Counted from the first letter of the stretch, positions 18,863 to 30,024 are shown. The stretch is 64,000 bases of DNA from an uncultured Solirubrobacterales bacterium (GCA_963813115.1 CAWEXS010000001.1:477845-541844), one strand, 5' to 3'. The notes: generated by a model from the letters alone, not told the origin. Numbers and translations: made by a program.

Positions 18863-19483
18863 ATGTCCGCAAAGATCGCAGTCTTGGGATTGGTCATCGA
18901 GGAGCCCGCACCCGCTTACCGGTTGACCGCGAAGTTGCGCCAACGGTTGGCCTCCGCCGGGTTCGTTGACTCCAACGTATATTCGGCTCTGACCAGGCTC
19001 GAACGTGACGGATTGATACGCGGCGTGATGGTCCATGTCGACAAGGGTGAGGCCGCAAAAGGCAAGACCAAGAAATCCGCCGACTCCGGCTCTGCCACAC
19101 AATACTTCGAAGCAACCGCGGCGGGCGTCCGCGTCTTTGAGGAGTGGCTGCTGGAATCCTCGGTCGCGCCGCCTCTGCGCGACGAGCTGCATATGAAGAT
19201 CGCGCTTTGTCAACCACGCAACCTGTCGCGTATGATCGAGCTGGTCCACGGTCAGGAGATCGTGTGTCTCGCCCATGTGGAAGGGCTCCAGCGAGCCTAT
19301 CAACAGACTCATCCCCCCGATCCCCACCGCTGGCAGGGACTGGTGATGACGCTCGCCAAAGATGCCGAGCTGTCCTTCTGGAAGTCCCGCGTCACCTGGT
19401 TGCAGGGTGTGCGCGCCTCGCTCGAGCGGGTGCGCGAGGGCTTTGAGGGCGTTGGCCCGACAAAGCCAAATAATTTGAACTGA
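18863..19483 (+). CDS. PadR-family transcriptional regulator
   Basis: 'IAVLGLVIEEP..AYRL', 'NVYSALTRLERDG', 'YFEATAAG...FEEWL', C-terminal 'LRDELHMKIA'. Confidence 0.85.
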   Translation: MSAKIAVLGLVIEEPAPAYRLTAKLRQRLASAGFVDSNVYSALTRLERDGLIRGVMVHVDKGEAAKGKTKKSADSGSATQYFEATAAGVRVFEEWLLESSVAPPLRDELHMKIALCQPRNLSRMIELVHGQEIVCLAHVEGLQRAYQQTHPPDPHRWQGLVMTLAKDAELSFWKSRVTWLQGVRASLERVREGFEGVGPTKPNNLN

Positions 19484-19486
19484 ACA

Positions 19487-19507
19487 GATACTCTTTTTGA
19501 GAGTATC
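19487..19507. promoter_or_regulatory. 8-bp inverted repeat (operator or terminator)
   Basis: GATACTCT-TTTTG-AGAGTATC directly after the PadR stop. Confidence 0.5.
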
Positions 19508-19736
19508 GGCCATTGGAACGGCCTGGATCTTCCGAATAAATTTTCACCTGTGTATTGAGTGTGACCACGGTTTGGGTCATGATCGTCAAAACACGATGAG
19601 CGATCAGCGGATCAGCCGGACTTTAGGCGTCAAGCGGGGAGTCCCGAAGGGGTCGCGCCCGAGTCTTCTCGCCCGGGGGTTCGCTCGCGAGAGTTCACGC
19701 TCGGGGGGTCATAGATTGCGGCATTCCCGGCGCGCC

Positions 19737-20147
19737 ATGGGTGATCGTGAAGATCGCGGGCGCGTGTTCCTTCAACTATCCGAGGAGCAGGTCGACGGCA
19801 TCATCGAGGGGGTGGCGGTTTCGGAGCGTCGCTCCGGTGCAGGCGCGCCCCAGGGTGATTTCAACGCCGCGGAGGCGGGCGGTTCCACGCAGTGGATATT
19901 CGCCCCCCTGATGGACGACAAGAGCTTTTCGCATTCGCTGCTGATCGGGCTGGAGGTGCTCACGTGCTTTCCGCTCGACGGGACCGAGCGTGGCGTTGCC
20001 GACGTGGCCGGACAGTTGAACATGAATAGCAGCACGGTGCACCGTTATATGAGTACTTTGTTAAGAGTTGGCCTACTCGAACGAAATCCTGATACGAGAT
20101 TGTACAGGGTTGCGAACGCCGGGCCCGGTGGCGGGAGAGACCGCTAG
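19737..20147 (+). CDS. Stand-alone IclR-type HTH protein (no effector domain)
   Basis: 'SHSLLIGLEVLTCF...ERGVADVAGQLNMNSSTVHRYMSTLLRVGLLERNPDTRLYR'; start uncertain. Confidence 0.75.
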   Translation: MGDREDRGRVFLQLSEEQVDGIIEGVAVSERRSGAGAPQGDFNAAEAGGSTQWIFAPLMDDKSFSHSLLIGLEVLTCFPLDGTERGVADVAGQLNMNSSTVHRYMSTLLRVGLLERNPDTRLYRVANAGPGGGRDR

Positions 20148-20154
20148 GAGCAGC

Positions 20155-21003
20155 ATGTCCGAGGTCGAGCACGCAGAGTTACAAAACGGCGGTGACTCAA
20201 CCGTCGTTGCCCGCAAGGAAGTCGAGCGCTCGCTCCGTTTCTCCTCCTCGCTGGCCGCCGGTCTGTCACTGTTGAATTGCTTCAGCGCGAGCCGCCCGGT
20301 GATGAGTATCGCGAACCTGGCGGACGAGTTGAACATGACGCGTTCCACCACGCATCGCTATGCCTCCACGCTGGTGGCCCTCGGTTATCTGGAACAGGAC
20401 CTTGCGCGTCAATATCGGCTGGCCCCACGTGTCGCCAATTTCGGGCTGTCGATGCTGGGCGCGATGTCGCTCCGTCAGCACGCCGGCGAGGATCTGCGGG
20501 CACTGCGCGAGCGCACCGGACGCACCGTCTCGATGGTGATCTTGGATGGCACCAGGATCAGGTACGTGGAACGGCTGGGCGGCTGGCGCAAAGGTCAACA
20601 CGAAATCGGCCCCGACATCGGTTTGGCCACGCGGCTGCCGATTCACTGCACGGCCACCGGCAAGCTGCTGCTCGCCCACCTTCCGCCCCCCGAGCTTGAG
20701 GAGCTGCTGGGCCGTTTGACGCTCGCGAAGCACGGCCCCAAGTGCATCACCGATCCGCGCAAGCTCAGAGCGGAGTGCAGGCGGCTGCGCTCGGGCGGGC
20801 TGGCGATCGCCGACGAGGAGCTGGTCGAGGGTCTACGTGAGATCGCCGCGGTCGTCTTTGGCAAGGATGAGGTCGCGGTCGCGGCGATCGGCATATCCGT
20901 GCCCATCGAGGCCTTCTCGCGCAGGCAGCTGTTGGCGAGCATGGGCCCCGAGTTGAGCGCGGTCGCCACCCGCATCTCCGCCGCCCTGAAGGCGGATCTG
21001 TAG
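20155..21003 (+). CDS. IclR-family transcriptional regulator
   Basis: HTH 'TRSTTHRYASTLVALGYL' plus effector domain 'RLPIHCTATGKLLLA'. Confidence 0.92.
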   Translation: MSEVEHAELQNGGDSTVVARKEVERSLRFSSSLAAGLSLLNCFSASRPVMSIANLADELNMTRSTTHRYASTLVALGYLEQDLARQYRLAPRVANFGLSMLGAMSLRQHAGEDLRALRERTGRTVSMVILDGTRIRYVERLGGWRKGQHEIGPDIGLATRLPIHCTATGKLLLAHLPPPELEELLGRLTLAKHGPKCITDPRKLRAECRRLRSGGLAIADEELVEGLREIAAVVFGKDEVAVAAIGISVPIEAFSRRQLLASMGPELSAVATRISAALKADL

Positions 21004-21012
21004 CCGCGTTCC

Positions 21013-21960
21013 TCAGAGCTTGCGCTCCAGCAGATCGGCGATTTGCCGCACATCAGCCAGTTCCAGTTCGGGCTGAAAGATGAAGGGCACGCCGAGCACC
21101 CGTGCGGGAGGGTCCTCCCCGGAGCGGCGCCGCCGCAGGCGCGCGATCTGATTCTGCTGGGTGCGCCCGCGCTCGTGCGCGGCGCGGGCCGCCCGTGCGG
21201 CGGTGCTCAGGAGCACGTGATCGCGATCGGCGCTCAGGGCCTCGATGCGCGCAAGCTCCCCACCGTCGAAGCGCTGCGCAAACGTGCCGTTGAGCAGTGT
21301 GGCGTCCAACTCGCGCCCCAGCTCGCCGCGCAGCCTCCGCGCCAGCTCCAGCGTCTCGGTGACCGCCAGCTCCGTTCCCAGGGCAACCGCCAGATAGCCC
21401 GAGCGCGCGGGGTCGTCGAGCAGCTCGTGGACCCGACGGGCCTGTCCCGCCAGCGGACCGACCCGTGCGATTGCGGCGAACGTGCGTGGCGAGCGCATCA
21501 TCGCCAGCGCGTGCCCGGTGGCGGGGGCGTCGAGGATCACCAGGTCATAGCCCGCACCCAGGCGCCCCCGCGTGTTCTGCGTCAACTCCCACAGCTCGAC
21601 CATGCTCAGCATCTCCCGCGCGCCGGGGGCCGCGGCGACGAAGTACTGGAAGGTCGAGCTGGAGCCGAGCACCCGCGCCGAGACACGCCCCCCGAGCTTG
21701 GCCAGCCAGCGGCGCAGCACGCGGTCGGGGTCGATCGTGAGGCTGAAGAGCCCATCGCCGAGGTCCACCTCGACGCCGTGCTCGGCATCGGAGGGTCGAC
21801 CCAGGAGCGCCGGCAGGCGCCGCTGCTCGCCGACCTCGACCATGATCGTGCGCAGCCCGCGGCGCGCGCCGAGCAGGCCCAAAGCGGCGGTCATGGTCGT
21901 CTTGCCGACGCCGCCCTTGCCGGTGACCACGAGCAGCTCGCGTTCGAGCACCGATCCCAT
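21013..21960 (-). CDS. ArsA/Get3-like P-loop ATPase
   Basis: GKGGVGKTT, 'ILDAPATGHA'. Confidence 0.85.
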   Translation of the reverse strand: MGSVLERELLVVTGKGGVGKTTMTAALGLLGARRGLRTIMVEVGEQRRLPALLGRPSDAEHGVEVDLGDGLFSLTIDPDRVLRRWLAKLGGRVSARVLGSSSTFQYFVAAAPGAREMLSMVELWELTQNTRGRLGAGYDLVILDAPATGHALAMMRSPRTFAAIARVGPLAGQARRVHELLDDPARSGYLAVALGTELAVTETLELARRLRGELGRELDATLLNGTFAQRFDGGELARIEALSADRDHVLLSTAARAARAAHERGRTQQNQIARLRRRRSGEDPPARVLGVPFIFQPELELADVRQIADLLERKL

Positions 21961-22021
21961 TCGAAGCATGATGGCGCGATTGCGAGCGGCACGGACCCAC
22001 CGGGGACCTACAATTCCGCGG

Positions 22022-22648
22022 ATGAGCACCCCCGAGGCAGATTCGATCGACGCCCAGGTCCGCTTCGATGAGCGCGGGCTGGTGCCGTGCGTGATCCAGG
22101 ACTGGGGCAGCGGCGAGGTCTTGACCCTGGCCTACATGAACGCCGAGGCGCTGCGCCTGACCCGCCGGTCCGGTGAGCTTCACCTCTACAGTCGCTCGCG
22201 CCGGGAGCTTTGGCACAAGGGTGCCACCAGCGGCAACGTGCAGCGCGTGCGCGCGCTGCGCCTGGATTGCGACGGCGACACCCTGCTCGCGCTGGTCGTG
22301 CCCGCCGGCCCGGCCTGTCACACGGGCGAGCGCACCTGCTTTCACAAAGGCGATCTGACACCGGCGCCCCACGAGACGCTCCCTGGGCTGGAGCGCACGC
22401 TCAGCGAGCGCGCGCGGGAGCGACCGGAGGGCTCCTACACGGTGCAGCTGCTGGAGAACCCGCCGCTGATCGGCGAGAAGGTTATGGAGGAGGCCGAGGA
22501 GGTCGCGCGCGCCGCGCGCGAGGAGTCCGACCTGCGCGTCGACGAAGAGGCGGCCGACCTGCTCTACCACCTGCTCGTGCTGCTGCACAGCCGCGGGCGC
22601 GTTCTGGGCGATGCCGAGCGGGTGCTCGATGAGCGCCGTCGCCGATGA
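22022..22648 (+). CDS. hisIE: Bifunctional phosphoribosyl-AMP cyclohydrolase / phosphoribosyl-ATP pyrophosphatase
   Basis: 'LWHKGATSGN', 'DCDGDTLL', 'ACHTGERTCF', 'EKVMEEAEE'. Confidence 0.93.
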   Translation: MSTPEADSIDAQVRFDERGLVPCVIQDWGSGEVLTLAYMNAEALRLTRRSGELHLYSRSRRELWHKGATSGNVQRVRALRLDCDGDTLLALVVPAGPACHTGERTCFHKGDLTPAPHETLPGLERTLSERARERPEGSYTVQLLENPPLIGEKVMEEAEEVARAAREESDLRVDEEAADLLYHLLVLLHSRGRVLGDAERVLDERRRR

Positions 22649-24153
22649 GCGCTGTCGCTGACTCGGCCGTCGAGGGTCTCGCACCGGGCCTGCCGATCGA
22701 GCCGGGGCTCGAGCAGGCGCGGGCGCTGGTCGGGAATGCACCCACCCACAACCTGATCCCGCTGCGTCACAGCTTCATCGACGACTGCGAGACACCGGTC
22801 TCGGCATTCCTGAAGCTGCGGGCGCTCGCACCCTCCGAGCCGGCCTTCCTGCTGGAGTCCGCCGAGCAGGGTCACGTGGGGCGCTGGTCGTTCATCGGCG
22901 TTCGCCCGCGGACGGTGCTGCGCTGGTCGCTCGCCGACGGCGGTGACCCCTACGCGCTTGCGGCCGAGCAGGTGGGGCAGTTCAGGCAGGCCCCGATCGC
23001 TGACGGCCCACCCTTCACGGGCGGCGCGGTGGGCTTTTTCGGATACGACCTCGTGCGCACCGTCGAGCCGCTCGGCGAGCCCGGCCCGGACCCGTTGGGT
23101 CTACCGGACATGGCGCTGATGCTCTCCGAGGTGCTGGTGATCTTCGACCACCTCAAGCACACCGTCACGATCCTCGCCAACGCCGACCTACAGGCCGAGC
23201 CGGATCTCGACCGCGCCTACGCCGCCGCGGCACGCTCGATCGCGGAAGTCAGAGAGCGGCTGGCCGGCCCCGTGCCCCGCCCGGAGCCCGCGAGCGAGCC
23301 GCGGGCGCTGCCGGACTTCCAGTCGAACATGCCCCGCGAGCGTTTCGAAGGCATGGTCGCGCGGATCGTCGAGTACATCTACGCGGGCGACGCCTTCCAG
23401 GTGGTGCCCTCCCAGCGCTGGTCCGCGCCGGTGCCCGTCGAGGCCTTCTCGATCTACCGGGGGCTGCGCACCGTCAATCCGAGCCCCTACATGTACTTCC
23501 TGGACTTCGGCGACTTCCAGGTCGCGGGCGCCAGCCCCGAGCCGCTGCTGACCGTCAGTCGGCGGCGCGTGAGCACCCGTCCGATTGCGGGCACCCGCCC
23601 GCGCGGCGAGGACGCCGAGGCCGACCGGCGGATCGCCAAGGAGCTGTTGGAGGACGAGAAGGAGCGGGCCGAGCACGTGATGCTCGTCGACCTCGGCCGC
23701 AACGATCTCGGCCGCGTGTGCGAGGCGGGCAGCGTCGAGGTCGAGACCTTCATGGCCGTGGAGACCTACTCGCACGTGATGCACATCGTCTCCTCGGTCG
23801 CCGGGCGGCTGCGCGAGGACGTCACGCCGATGGACGCCCTGCGTTCGGTGCTGCCCGCCGGCACCCTCTCGGGCGCCCCCAAGGTGCGCGCCATGCAGAT
23901 CATCGACGAGCTGGAGCCAATCAAGCGCGGGGGCTACGGGGGGGCGATCGGCTACCTCTCCTACACCGGCGAGCTGGACACCTGCATCCACATCCGGACC
24001 GTCGTCGTCAAGGACGGGGTTGCCCACATCCAGGCGGGCGGGGGCACCGTGGCCGACGCCCGGCCCGACTACGAGTTCGAGGAGTCGCTCGCCAAGTCCC
24101 GCGCCGTGCGTCGCGCGATCGAGCTGGCGGTCGCTCAGCCGGAGTGGCCATGA
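22645..24153 (+). CDS. trpE: Anthranilate synthase component I
   Basis: 'FLLESAE', 'NPSPYMYF', 'PIAGTRPRG', 'PAGTLSGAPKVRAM'. Confidence 0.95.
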   Translation: MSAVADSAVEGLAPGLPIEPGLEQARALVGNAPTHNLIPLRHSFIDDCETPVSAFLKLRALAPSEPAFLLESAEQGHVGRWSFIGVRPRTVLRWSLADGGDPYALAAEQVGQFRQAPIADGPPFTGGAVGFFGYDLVRTVEPLGEPGPDPLGLPDMALMLSEVLVIFDHLKHTVTILANADLQAEPDLDRAYAAAARSIAEVRERLAGPVPRPEPASEPRALPDFQSNMPRERFEGMVARIVEYIYAGDAFQVVPSQRWSAPVPVEAFSIYRGLRTVNPSPYMYFLDFGDFQVAGASPEPLLTVSRRRVSTRPIAGTRPRGEDAEADRRIAKELLEDEKERAEHVMLVDLGRNDLGRVCEAGSVEVETFMAVETYSHVMHIVSSVAGRLREDVTPMDALRSVLPAGTLSGAPKVRAMQIIDELEPIKRGGYGGAIGYLSYTGELDTCIHIRTVVVKDGVAHIQAGGGTVADARPDYEFEESLAKSRAVRRAIELAVAQPEWP

Positions 24154-24229
24154 GCGCCGAATGCCCGGTCAGGGGCGCCGCGAGGACGACCTGTGCGGTC
24201 AGCGGCGCCGACCCGCGGGGGGCGCGGGC

Positions 24230-24786
<557 letters not shown>

Positions 24787-24787
<1 letters not shown>

Positions 24788-25836
24788 TGCCCAACGAGAT
24801 CCTCACGCGGGCGATTGACGCGCTCGCCTCCCACCGTGACCTGAGCGCCGAGCAGACCGCCGAGGTGCTCGCGGAGATCATGCACGGCGAGGTCGCGGAG
24901 ATCCAGATCGCGGGCTTCCTGATCGCGCTACGCACCAAGGGCGAGACCGTCGAGGAGCTGACCGGCCTGGCCCGGACGATGCGCGCGCTGGCCGCACACG
25001 TGCCGACCGAGCGCGGGAATCTGCTCGACACCGCCGGTACCGGCGGGGGGCGGCGCACCTTCAACGTCTCGACCACCGCCGCGCTGATCGCCGCGGGCGC
25101 GGGCTGCGCGGTGGCCAAGCACGGCAATCGCTCCGCCACGAGCACCTCGGGGTCGGCCGACTTGCTGGAGGCCCTGGGGGCGCGCATCGACCTCGCCCCC
25201 GAGGGCGTCGCGCGCTGCATCGAGGAGGCCGGCTTCGGCTTCATGTTCGCGCCCGCCCACCATCAGGCCACGCGTTTCGTGATCCCGGTGCGCCGCGAGC
25301 TGGCGGTGCGCACGATCTTCAACCTGCTCGGGCCGCTCACCAACCCCGCGGGTGCCCGGCGCCAGCTGATTGGGGTGTCCGACCCGAGCTTCCTGGAGAC
25401 GATCGCGGGCGCGCTGGCGCGACTGGGTGTGGACCATGCCCTGGTGGTGTCCAGCGAGGACGGTCTGGATGAGATCTCGACTTCGGGAGCAACCCATGTG
25501 GTGGAGGTCCAGGGTGAGGACATCCAGCGCTACACCGTGGCTCCGGCAGACGTAGGTCTCGACCAGGCCGACCCCGACTCGCCCGCGCTCGCCGGTGGCA
25601 CCCCGGATCAGAACGCGGCTCTCACCAGCGCGATTCTCGCCGGTGAGAGCGGCCCGGCGGCCGACCTTGCCGTGATCAACGCAGCCGCGGCGATCTATGT
25701 CGCGGGCGTGGTGGACAGCCTGGCCGACGGCGTGCAGGCGGCGCGCGCCGCGCTCGCGGACGGCAGCGCCGCACAGGCGCTCGCGGGCTACACGCAGGCC
25801 AGTCACCGCCACGCCCCTGCGGACAAACACGCCTGA
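24787..25836 (+). CDS. trpD: Anthranilate phosphoribosyltransferase
   Basis: 'DTAGTGG', 'NVST', 'KHGNRS', 'RTIFNLLGPL'. Confidence 0.95.
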
Positions 25837-25838
25837 GC

Positions 25839-26705
25839 ATGGGGGACCGGGGCATACCCACGGTGCTGGAGCGCATCCTCGCGAGCACCCGCGAGGAAGT
25901 CGAGCAGCGCGAGCGTGCGATCCCGGTCGAGCAGCTGACGGCGAGCGTCACGTCGGGCGCGGGTCCGCTCACCGCCGCAGGAGATGGTTCGTCCGCTGCG
26001 CCAACCGGCGAACCCGGCCGGCCCTTCCACGACGCGCTCACCCGCCCCGGCATCGGGGTGATCGCCGAGTTCAAGCGCCGCTCGCCCTCGGCCGGTGAGC
26101 TGCACGAGCATCCCGACCTGGCGGCGATCGTGAACGCCTATGAGCGTGGCGGGGCCGCCGCGCTGTCGATTCTCACCGAGGGACCGCACTTCGGGGGCTC
26201 CCTCCACGACCTGCGCGCCGCCCGCGCGGCCGCCGCGCTGCCGATCCTGCGCAAGGACTTCATCCTCGACCCCTACCAGCTGCACGAGGCCCGGGCGGCC
26301 GGCGCGGACGCGGTGCTGCTGATCGTCGCGGCGCTCGACACCCCGACCCTCACCGCTTTGCACGAGCAGGCGCGTGCGTTGGGCCTGGATGTGCTGGTGG
26401 AGGTTCACGACAGCGAGGAGCTGGCCCGCGCGCTCGGCCTGGGAGCCGATCTGATCGGGGTCAACAACCGCGATCTGCGCGACTTCAGCGTGGACGTGCA
26501 GCGCACCGCGCGGCTGATGGGCGAGATTCCCGCCGGGGTAGCCGTGGTCTCGGAGTCGGGGATTGCGCACGCCGCGCAGGTGCGAGAGCTACACGAACAG
26601 GGCATCCAGGCGGTGCTCGTGGGAGAATCGCTGATGCGCTCAGGCCAGCCCGAGCAGGCACTGCGCGCGCTGCTTGAATTTAACCAATCAGATGACCAGC
26701 TTTAG
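25839..26705 (+). CDS. trpC: Indole-3-glycerol phosphate synthase
   Basis: 'IAEFKRRSPS', 'LRKDFI', 'GVNNRDL', 'VSESGI'. Confidence 0.95.
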   Translation: MGDRGIPTVLERILASTREEVEQRERAIPVEQLTASVTSGAGPLTAAGDGSSAAPTGEPGRPFHDALTRPGIGVIAEFKRRSPSAGELHEHPDLAAIVNAYERGGAAALSILTEGPHFGGSLHDLRAARAAAALPILRKDFILDPYQLHEARAAGADAVLLIVAALDTPTLTALHEQARALGLDVLVEVHDSEELARALGLGADLIGVNNRDLRDFSVDVQRTARLMGEIPAGVAVVSESGIAHAAQVRELHEQGIQAVLVGESLMRSGQPEQALRALLEFNQSDDQL

Positions 26706-26741
26706 ACCGCCTTCATACCCGTCGACAATGCTGCAGATCAC

Positions 26742-27956
26742 ATGAAGCGCCTCTTCGTAATCCCCTTCATCTCGGCGCTCGTCGGCGGTGGCGTCGTCGT
26801 CGCGGTGATCGCGGCGGCCGGTGGCCTGAAAACGTCGCAGAAGACGGTCACCACGATCCAGTCCACGCCGCTGGCGCCGTCGAACCAGAACGCCGCCCAG
26901 ACCCACGCGGTCCTGACCCCGCACGACATCTATACGCGCGACGCCCCCGGCGTGGTGTTCGTGACCTCCACGATCGTGCAGCAGACCGCCTCGCCCTTCA
27001 ACCTGGAAGGTGGCACCCAGCAGCAGGGGACCGCCAGCGGCTCGGGGATCGTGATCGACGACAGCGGCACGATTCTCACCAACTACCACGTGGTCGAGAA
27101 CGCCGTCAAGGTTACCGTTAGCCTCGAAAACAAAAAGACGGTCAACGCCCAGGTGGTCGGCAAGGACCCCTCCAACGATCTCGCCGTGCTGCGAATCCCC
27201 ACCGACGGTCTCACGCTGCACCCGCTCACGCTCGGCAACTCAAGCGGCGTGCAGGTCGGCGACCCCGTGCTCGCGATCGGCAACCCCTTTGGCCTCGATC
27301 GCACGCTCACCACCGGTGTCATCTCGGCGCTCCAGCGCCAGATCACGGCGCCCAACGGCTTCACCATCTCAAACGTGCTCCAGACCGACGCGCCCATCAA
27401 CCCCGGCAACTCCGGTGGGCCGCTGCTCGACTCGGCGGGCCGCGTGATCGGCATCAACTCGCAGATCGAGACCGGCGGCAGCAGCAACGGCAGCGTGGGC
27501 ATCGGCTTCGCGGTCCCGATCAACACCGCCAAGAACGAGATCTCCGAACTGGAGAAGGGCGGCACCGTGCGCGGCGCCTACCTCGGCCTCACCTCGCTGA
27601 CCGTCGACGGCTCGCTCTCGGCGCTCAACCTGCCCGTCAAGAGCGGGGCCCTCGTGCAGAGCGTGCAGAAGGGGACCCCGGCCCAGAAGGCGGGCATCCG
27701 CGGGGGCGAAATCAACGGCCAGACCGCGGGCGGCCAGGTCGCGGTGGGCGGGGACATCATCGTGGGCATCGACCACAAGGCCGTGCACAGCTCCGAAGAA
27801 CTGTCCGCCGACATCGGCGCGAAGAAGTCCGGCCAGAGCGTCAACATCGAACTCGAACGGGCCACCGGCAACGGTCACTACGAACACAAGACCGTCAAGG
27901 TCACGCTGGGCGCGCGCCCCAACTCGGTGCCCAACCCCAACACGCCGCAGGGCTGA
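26742..27956 (+). CDS. htrA: HtrA/DegP-type serine protease with PDZ domain
   Basis: N-terminal TM, 'TNYHVV', 'DLAVL', 'TDAPINPGNSGGPL', PDZ domain. Confidence 0.92.
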   Translation: MKRLFVIPFISALVGGGVVVAVIAAAGGLKTSQKTVTTIQSTPLAPSNQNAAQTHAVLTPHDIYTRDAPGVVFVTSTIVQQTASPFNLEGGTQQQGTASGSGIVIDDSGTILTNYHVVENAVKVTVSLENKKTVNAQVVGKDPSNDLAVLRIPTDGLTLHPLTLGNSSGVQVGDPVLAIGNPFGLDRTLTTGVISALQRQITAPNGFTISNVLQTDAPINPGNSGGPLLDSAGRVIGINSQIETGGSSNGSVGIGFAVPINTAKNEISELEKGGTVRGAYLGLTSLTVDGSLSALNLPVKSGALVQSVQKGTPAQKAGIRGGEINGQTAGGQVAVGGDIIVGIDHKAVHSSEELSADIGAKKSGQSVNIELERATGNGHYEHKTVKVTLGARPNSVPNPNTPQG

Positions 27957-28027
27957 GGGCGACGGCCCAATCGAGCGGGCCGGGCGGTCGAGCCCCACTG
28001 CCGACCCCGACCGGCTACCGTTGGGTG

Positions 28028-28852
28028 ATGTCCGATCCGAGCAGCCCCCGTGTCAAGATCTGCGGGATCACACGCCTAGAGGACGCCGAGCTGGCCGTAT
28101 CGCTCGGCGCCTGGGCGATCGGCATGGTCTTTCATGAGTCCAGCCCGCGTTGCTGTTCGCTGATCGAGGCGCAGCGCATCACCGCCACGCTGCGCCGGCA
28201 GGTTGAGCTGTGCGGGGTGTTCGTCAATGCCACCCTGGAGCACGTGGTCGGTGTCAGCGAGCAGCTCGGGCTGACCCTGCTACAGCTGCACGGCGACGAG
28301 GGACCGGCGTTCTGCGGCGAAGCCGCGCGCCGCACCGGCACACGCGTGATCAAGGCCGCCCAGATCGCCGGCATGGGCGACGTGCGCGACATCGAACGCT
28401 TCCACGTCGACTACCACCTGTTGGATGCCCGCTCCTCCGATCCCGACAGGCACGAGTTGCGCGGTGGCACGGGAGAGACCTTCGACTGGGGCCTGCTCCG
28501 CACCCGGAACTCGTCGATCCCGATGATCCTCAGCGGGGGGCTCGATCCCGAGAACGTCGCCGAGGCGATCGCGGCCACGCACCCCTACGCGGTCGACACC
28601 GCCAGCGGCACCGAGGCGGCCCCCGGACAGAAGGACCCCGGCAAGCTGGAGCGATTCTTCGAGGTCGTGCGCGCTACGGCGAACGCCGCGATCGCGCCGG
28701 ACCCCACGCCGGTGCCGCAGGAGACGATGGTGTCGGAGGAGATGGCGGTGCCGCAGGAGACGATGGTGCCTCAGCAGACGGTGGTGTCGGAGGAGACGGT
28801 GGTGGCCGATCCCCCGATCGTCCCGGACCCCACGGCGCCCGCTCCGGCGTGA
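28028..28852 (+). CDS. trpF: Phosphoribosylanthranilate isomerase with a repetitive C-terminal extension
   Basis: 'VKICGIT', 'LQLHGDE', 'GGTGETFDW', 'LSGGL', 'VDTASG'. Confidence 0.93.
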   Translation: MSDPSSPRVKICGITRLEDAELAVSLGAWAIGMVFHESSPRCCSLIEAQRITATLRRQVELCGVFVNATLEHVVGVSEQLGLTLLQLHGDEGPAFCGEAARRTGTRVIKAAQIAGMGDVRDIERFHVDYHLLDARSSDPDRHELRGGTGETFDWGLLRTRNSSIPMILSGGLDPENVAEAIAATHPYAVDTASGTEAAPGQKDPGKLERFFEVVRATANAAIAPDPTPVPQETMVSEEMAVPQETMVPQQTVVSEETVVADPPIVPDPTAPAPA

Positions 28853-30024
28853 GCGCCGCGGCCGACAGCACCGTCGAGCATCGCTTCGGGCGCTACGGCG
28901 GCCAGTTCGTTCCCGAGACCCTGATGCCGGCGCTGGCCGAGCTGGAGCAGGCCTGGGTCGCGGCGCGCGCCGACCCCGGCTACCGGGCCGAGCTACAGCT
29001 GCTGCTGCGTGACTTCGCGGGGCGTCCCACGCCGCTCTACCGCGCCGGGCGGCTCTCCGAGCGCGTTGGTCGCAGCGTCTACCTCAAGCGCGAGGATCTC
29101 AATCACACCGGCTCGCACAAGCTCAACAACGCCCTCGGGCAGGCCCTGCTCGCCAAGCGCATGGGCAAGAGTCGCATCATCGCCGAGACCGGCGCCGGGC
29201 AGCACGGGGTGGCCACCGCCACCGTCTGCGCCCTGCTCGGCCTTGAGTGCGTGATCTACATGGGCTCCGAGGACACCCGCCGTCAGCGCCCCAACGTGCA
29301 GCGCATGGAACTCTTGGGCGCCACCGTGAGGCCCGTGGACGCGGGCGCCAAGACTCTGAAGGAGGCCACCTCGGCCGCGATCCGCGACTGGGTGACCAAC
29401 GTCGCTCAGACCCACTACGTGATCGGTTCGGCCGTCGGGCCCGCGCCCTACCCCGCGCTCGTGCGCGACCTACAGATGGTGATCGGCGAGGAGGCCCGCG
29501 CCCAGCTGTTAGAGCGCGAGGGACGCCTGCCCACGCGCGTCGTGGCCTGCGTGGGTGGCGGATCCAACGCGATCGGCACCTTCACCGCGTTCCTCGAGGA
29601 CAAGGACGTGGAGCTTGTGGGGGTCGAGGCCGGCGGCGACGGCATCGACACGCCCCGGCACGGCGCCCCGCTGACCGTCGGCGCGCGCCCCGGCATCCTG
29701 CACGGCTCGTTCTCGGCGATCATGCAGGACGAGGAGGGACAGGTGATCGAGGCGCACTCCGTCTCCGCCGGCCTGGACTACCCGGGCACCGGCCCCCAGC
29801 ACGCGTTCCTGCGCGACAGCGGGCGCGCGCGCTACGTGGCCGTCAGCGACCGCCAGGCGCTCGAGGCTTTTCGCGAGGTCACCCGTCTGGAGGGGATCAT
29901 CCCGGCGCTCGAGACAGCTCACGCGCTCGCATGGGTACTGGCACAGCGAGACGGCGAGCTTGATCTTGTCTGCCTCTCCGGGCGCGGCGACAAGGACCTT
30001 GCCGAGGTTCTGGCCCTCACATGA
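28849..30024 (+). CDS. trpB: Tryptophan synthase beta chain
   Basis: '[12 protein letters not shown]', 'AETGAGQHG', 'CVGGGSNA', 'SAGLDYPG'. Confidence 0.96.
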   Translation: MSAAADSTVEHRFGRYGGQFVPETLMPALAELEQAWVAARADPGYRAELQLLLRDFAGRPTPLYRAGRLSERVGRSVYLKREDLNHTGSHKLNNALGQALLAKRMGKSRIIAETGAGQHGVATATVCALLGLECVIYMGSEDTRRQRPNVQRMELLGATVRPVDAGAKTLKEATSAAIRDWVTNVAQTHYVIGSAVGPAPYPALVRDLQMVIGEEARAQLLEREGRLPTRVVACVGGGSNAIGTFTAFLEDKDVELVGVEAGGDGIDTPRHGAPLTVGARPGILHGSFSAIMQDEEGQVIEAHSVSAGLDYPGTGPQHAFLRDSGRARYVAVSDRQALEAFREVTRLEGIIPALETAHALAWVLAQRDGELDLVCLSGRGDKDLAEVLALT

